Assembly: GCA_031835245.2 (NCBI GenBank)
Contig: JAVKOQ020000007.1
Coordinates: 62,001 to 126,000, forward strand
DNA length: 64,000 nucleotides
Source: Balamuthia mandrillaris
Taxonomy: Eukaryota
Direction: 5' to 3'
Below the pieces are notes generated by a model, which did no database searches, was not told where the DNA came from, and was given only the letters and a program-made list of their open reading frames with translations. Below are positions 61,187 through 64,000 of the stretch, one piece after another (within the stretch, counting starts at the first letter, position 1; each line of letters opens with the position of its first letter). A program made the translations under genes and the position numbers.

Positions 61187-61940
61187 AGCGAAAAGAGAAA
61201 AAAGCAGAGAGTAAGAAAAGCCAAACGGAGAGAGGGAGGGCGCAAGGAAAGAACTTAAACGATACGTACTTGCTAAACAACATCATATTAGCGCCCAGTT
61301 CTAACAAAACAAAGGCGGAGCGCTTATCCCCTTTCCAACAGGCCAAATGCAAGGCCGTCTCCTGGTTCACATTCACCGCGTTCAGGTCCGCTCCTACCTT
61401 CAACATCTCCTCCACCACCTTTCTCAACAGGTTCTTCTGTCCTTTGGGGTAGGTCTGCTTCATGAGGTAGTGCAGCGCCGTGGCGGAGTCCTTGGAGGTC
61501 AGCCGCGCCTCCGCCTGGCCCTCCTCCAACAACAAAAGACATGCCTGCAGGTGTCCTCGGCTGGCTGCCCCGTGCAACGCCGTCCACCCGGCAAAGTCCT
61601 GATGGTTCACCAGTTTGTTCCGCTTGGTGGCTTGTTGGGGTTGGTCCTGGTAGTAGAGCGCGTCGCTGAGCAGGTAGCGAATGGTTTCGCGTTGGTCTTC
61701 CATGGCGGCCACTTGAAGCAGGCTTCTGCCTTCCATCGGGTCGCTATGGAGCAAGAACCGATCCAATTCTGTCAATGCTGTCTCATCGCCGTCGGCGGAG
61801 GAGTCCTCTTTGTTGTTGTTGCTGCTGCTGCGGCCTTTCCAGAGCTTCTTGCGAATGACCTTTTTGTGCTCTACCAACTGCTTCAGCTCCTCCAGTCGGG
61901 CATCACGACAAAGAGCAAGCACCTCCTCCGCATTCTTCAT
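59154..61940 (-). CDS. Ankyrin repeat - F-box - Rab-like GTPase fusion protein (multi-exon)
   Basis: ANK repeats (GWTALHGAASRGH, ETALHLAC, GETCLHYAVRNGH), F-box QLPDEILLYIFSFL, then KVVIIGDSGVGK, KLQI-W, YRRAAGV..FDVTNRESFDNV, ATKAD, ETSAK. F-box and P-loop share one ORF (60302-60808). Confidence 0.8.
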
Positions 61941-62404
61941 TTCTTTGTTAATGTGTGTTGTCGTTGGTGATCTGGAATTGGTGTGTCTGGGGGCAAGGCA
62001 TTAATTTGTCCAGATCGAAAAGGGTGAAATTGGGGGGCATCAAAGTGGACAGTGTCCTTACCTTACAGTGTTCAGGTTGACGACGAAGAGAAGAAGAACA
62101 AGACGCCATGGTTACTTAGTGGAGGAAGAAAAGAGAATGCGAACGAACAATGAACCTTAGGCTGGCTTCTTCGGTGGTGGCAACACATTCATATAAAAAA
62201 GATCGGCTTTGCACTCCAAAATAACGATGTAATACCAAAGTCTTTTTGTTAAAAAGAAAGTTTAAACAAAGATAACGACATGAGAGAGATGTTACGAAAG
62301 ATGAACAACAAAAACTTTGACGGTCTGGCAACGTCGTGGCAAAGTAGCATACAATAGGCACGCTACCATCACCACAACGGTCCGTCCAACCCAAACCACG
62401 ACCC

Positions 62405-63577
62405 TTACTTGTTTTCCTGAACCCACTGGTACACTTCGTCGCTTCCGCAGCAAAGGGTATCGGGGTTCCATGGACAGCCATGCGCCCTCAACCACTTCAA
62501 CACCTCCAATTGGCCCGCCAAAGCGGCCCTCTCGCAGGTGCTCTCGTCCCAAGGGCACCCGTTCTCATGCGCCCATTTCAGCACCTTTAGGTTACCTTGC
62601 TCAGCAGCGCCACTGCAGGTCTGCTCGTCCCAAGGACAGCCGTTCTCCCTTGCCCACTGCAGCAGTTCCAAATGGCCGTTCTCAGCGGCAGCAGCGCATG
62701 TCCACGAGTCCCAAGGGCAGCCTTGTTCTCTCAGCCACTTCAAGGTCTCCACGTGGCCAGACCTGGCCCCGTGGGTACAAATATCGAGCGAGTCCCAAGG
62801 GCAACCGTTCTCTCTTGCCCATTTCAACACCTCCAACTGTCCGTTGGACGCCGCCATCTTGCAGGTGACGTTGTTCCAAGCGCATTTGTTGTTTCGTGCC
62901 CACCGAAGCACTTCCAAGTGGCCGTTGCGGGCTGCGTTGTGGCAAGTCCACTGGTCCCAAGGACAGCCTCTCTCCCTGGCCCACTGCAGCACTTCCAAAT
63001 GGCCGTTCTCAGCAGCGTAGGCGCAAGTCCTTTCCGTCCAGTTGCATCCCTGTTGCAAACGTGCCCATTGGACCACATGCAAATGGCCATGGAAGGCAGC
63101 AAAGTCCATCACAAAGTACAAGAAGGCTATCTTCCAATCCGGTCTTTGTCGCATCCACTTCAGCCCTTCCAGATGGCCTTGCTTTGCCAGCACGGTGGCC
63201 ACCTGCCGCTCCTGCCAAGGACAGCCGTACTCCACGGCCCACTTGAGGACCAACAGATGACCGCCCTCGGCAGCCGCCAAGGCGGTCTGGCGATCCCAAT
63301 GACAAGCCTGTTCCAGGCGGAGCCACTGCAGCACGTCCAGCTGGCCCTGCCCGGCGGCTGCCGCGCAGGTTTCATGGTTGGGCACCAAGCCGTTGCCCAC
63401 CGCCCACTGCAGCAACGCCAGCCGGCCGCACAGGTACTTGACGGAGAGGCGGTTGCGCAGGTGGACCGGGGAACAGCGGTACCAGCGGTTGCAGGTCCGG
63501 GCCGCCACGCCCACCGCGTGCTTGGGTAGCTGCGCCATGATGAGCGCCACCAGCTCTTCTGGCAAGTCGTCCTCCAT
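62405..63577 (-). CDS. Intronless ankyrin-repeat protein (GCPW type) with N-terminal F-box-like segment; paralog of 23121-24425
   Basis: DDLPEELVALIMAQLP..ARTCNRW, then repeated AAxxGHLEVLxWAxENGCPWD. Confidence 0.9.
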   Translation of the reverse strand: MEDDLPEELVALIMAQLPKHAVGVAARTCNRWYRCSPVHLRNRLSVKYLCGRLALLQWAVGNGLVPNHETCAAAAGQGQLDVLQWLRLEQACHWDRQTALAAAEGGHLLVLKWAVEYGCPWQERQVATVLAKQGHLEGLKWMRQRPDWKIAFLYFVMDFAAFHGHLHVVQWARLQQGCNWTERTCAYAAENGHLEVLQWARERGCPWDQWTCHNAARNGHLEVLRWARNNKCAWNNVTCKMAASNGQLEVLKWARENGCPWDSLDICTHGARSGHVETLKWLREQGCPWDSWTCAAAAENGHLELLQWARENGCPWDEQTCSGAAEQGNLKVLKWAHENGCPWDESTCERAALAGQLEVLKWLRAHGCPWNPDTLCCGSDEVYQWVQENK

Positions 63578-64000
63578 TTCTTTTTCTTCGCTCTCTCTCT
63601 TGTTAGCGTTACTGTGCTTTCCTTTCTTTCTTTCTTTGTGTGGTGGTGAAAAGAACAAATGGAGCGTAACACGACTTGGCAGGTTTAAAATAGCTGGTTT
63701 TTGGTAAGATTTTCCCCGCCGCGAAGACCACCTTAAGACCCAACAGCCTCCTTAAAGGTGAAACACCCGCCAAGCGTGGCGTGAATAAGCGAAAGGTTGT
63801 GTGTTTTCTCTGGAAATGCCACGAGTTTGCTGAAAATGGACCAAATAAGGGAGGTATCCTTAGCACGAGGTAACGGATTCATTTAGTTCACGATGGGCCC
63901 TTTTTTGGTTGCCGACCTGGGTGCTAGGATATGATCTCTATTTTTGTCCTCTCCAAGGCAACCGGAGAAATGTAATAGCTTTCTTGGAAGGAAACAGATC

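Noticed and set aside
62538..63529. Long antisense ORFs over the ankyrin genes (also 23611-24264) and the MORN gene
   Set aside because: Shadow ORFs of GC-rich repetitive coding sequence with no recognisable motifs.

Overview
Gene-dense, intron-rich eukaryotic DNA with GT-AG introns full of (CT)n/(CTT)n microsatellites. The gene content looks amoebozoan, consistent with a free-living amoeba; the species cannot be fixed from sequence alone. Conserved or recognisable genes: class I aldolase (3' part), ATAD1/Msp1, peroxiredoxin-5, a CaMK1/MLCK-like kinase, ORC3, SPATA20/YyaL, a LIM protein, ERG2/sigma-1, SRP14, a RasGEF and a MORN protein. The most striking structure is a ~14 kb tandem array (6.7-20.4 kb, minus strand) of receptor tyrosine-kinase-like genes. 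Their ectodomains have a conserved framework with discrete hypervariable loops, while their stalk, TM and kinase blocks are swapped between copies as near-identical patches. The array also holds a kinase-less copy, a deletion chimera and a decayed relic, and one ectodomain fragment lies 11 kb away. Other findings: a 216-bp tRNA-derived SINE with a 14-bp TSD; a 1185-bp IS5/Harbinger-like transposon with 39-bp perfect TIRs; several unusual domain fusions (ANK-F-box-Rab-like, F-box-mu homology, STE20-DEP-cNMP-GRAM-cNMP, PH-PH-pseudoRhoGAP, SH2 pseudokinase); and a GTCGAC palindrome that clusters upstream of start codons. Exon boundaries were read by eye and domain calls are motif recognition, not database results.
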